DNA of 44,132 nt from positions 8,305,006-8,349,137 of the forward strand of contig NC_068991.1 of the NCBI RefSeq assembly GCF_001194135.2, written 5' to 3'. Each line of letters begins with the position of its first letter. Position 1 is the stretch's first letter. The stretch is from Octopus bimaculoides. Lineage: Eukaryota. The notes below the pieces were generated by a model, which was not told where the DNA came from, did no database searches, and saw only the letters and a program-made list of their open reading frames with translations. This document shows, piece after piece, positions 43,104 through 44,132 of the stretch. The position numbers were made by a program, and so were the translations under genes.

Positions 43104-43272
43104 CGACAGGCTTCTTACAGTTTTCATCTACCAAATCCACTCACAAGGCTTTGGTCAGCCTGAGGCTATAGTAGGAGACACTTGATCAAGGTACTACGCA
43201 GTGGGATTGAACCCGGAACTATATGGTTGGGAAATATGCAGCCACTCCTGCGCCATGCTTATTCAAAAGATA

Positions 43273-43766
43273 TGTAGTAACGCCGTGCGCATGCGTGGAA
43301 TTCAACAACCAAGCTTTCCCGCTTCATTCTGTCTCTTGTTGGCCAGCGATTGAGCAAGGACGTGTTTAACTGTCTCTCTCCATCTTTCGAACTTACGCTC
43401 GACAGCTCGCTTACATCTACATACCAACGTCCCAACAACCATGCTCACACACATAGAAGCTGTAACAACAAACAAGAGCTAAAGATGTGTAGTAACGCCG
43501 TGCGCATGCGTAGTCTCACGCATGCGTGGAATTAAACAAGCAAGCGTTCCCGCTCAATTCATTCTCTTTCTTGCTGGCCAGCAATAGAGCATGGACATGT
43601 CAAGCAGTGTCTCTGGCATTCCAACCTGGAGACAGTCTCTTTACGTGTTTAGCTGTCTCTCTCCATCTTTCGGACTTACACTCGACAGCTCGCTCACATC
43701 TACATAACAACGTCCCAACAACTATGCTCACACACATAGAAGCTGTAACAACAAGAGCTAAAGATG
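43273..43766 (+). repeat. Imperfect two-unit tandem repeat (215 bp + 279 bp), possibly LTR-derived
   Basis: Both units start TGTAGTAACGCCGTGCGCATGCG and end AACAAGAGCTAAAGATG; AATAAA at 43784-43789. Confidence 0.8.
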
Positions 43767-43946
43767 TATATATTTACCACCTGAATAAAATGTTGTTTAA
43801 GTTGATAGTCTGGAGTTCAGCGTTCCGTTATATTCTTAATTTTATATAGGAAAGTCAGGTATACATCTAATGATGTATAACCCACTTTCCTATAGATACA
43901 ATGAAACATATTTTAAAGAAGAGGATCCACCATGTTAAGAACTTGA

Positions 43947-44132
43947 TGGGGGCTGCGCTCAATCGAGATCCGGATGGATTCGGCCACCGTGGTCGGCTGG
44001 GTAGGAACAGTGGTTACCAGTGAGAAGAGAGTCCGGACGAAAGGTGCCGCGGAGATGTTGGTGAAACGCCGCCTAGGAGTTCTGGGAGAGCTGATCGCCG
44101 AGTTCGGACTGAAGCTGAACGTGGTTTTTGTA
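43947..44132 (+). mobile_element. LTR-retrotransposon pol fragment (RNase H region), truncated by the window edge
   Basis: GC-rich 62-codon open frame WGLRSIEIRMDSATVVGWV...RRLGVLGELIAEFGLKLNVVFV; the (T)DS motif and the pattern preceding 'V.S..N.AD' are typical of retroelement RNase H. Confidence 0.7.

Overview
AT-rich, intron-rich animal genomic DNA from a draft assembly with seven N-gaps. The SINE/MITE repertoire and (AT)n/(GAT)n tails look like octopus/cephalopod, which is an inference. I reconstructed two minus-strand genes by hand using splice signals and phase continuity. CLN3/battenin has 15 coding exons (36291..19174) summing to 1317 nt, or 438 aa plus stop. A class I sirtuin, SIRT3, has 9 coding exons (15490..8127, 384 codons); its terminal exon is unresolved. 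The rest is SINEs, an RTE LINE end, hAT/Merlin/mariner/pogo/piggyBac-type MITEs, decayed pogo and Tigger transposases, an LTR-like tandem repeat and an LTR-retroelement RNase H fragment at the right edge. Best leads: (1) a candidate alternative SIRT3 first exon that would bypass the mitochondrial presequence; (2) a CLEAR-like E-box, CCAAT box and perfect hairpin upstream of CLN3; (3) loss of the CLN3 C-terminal CaaX; (4) a fold-back SINE inside a small CLN3 intron; (5) a young Merlin-like MITE; (6) many inverted SINE pairs that could form ADAR substrates. I found no clear evidence for a wholly new multi-gene system.
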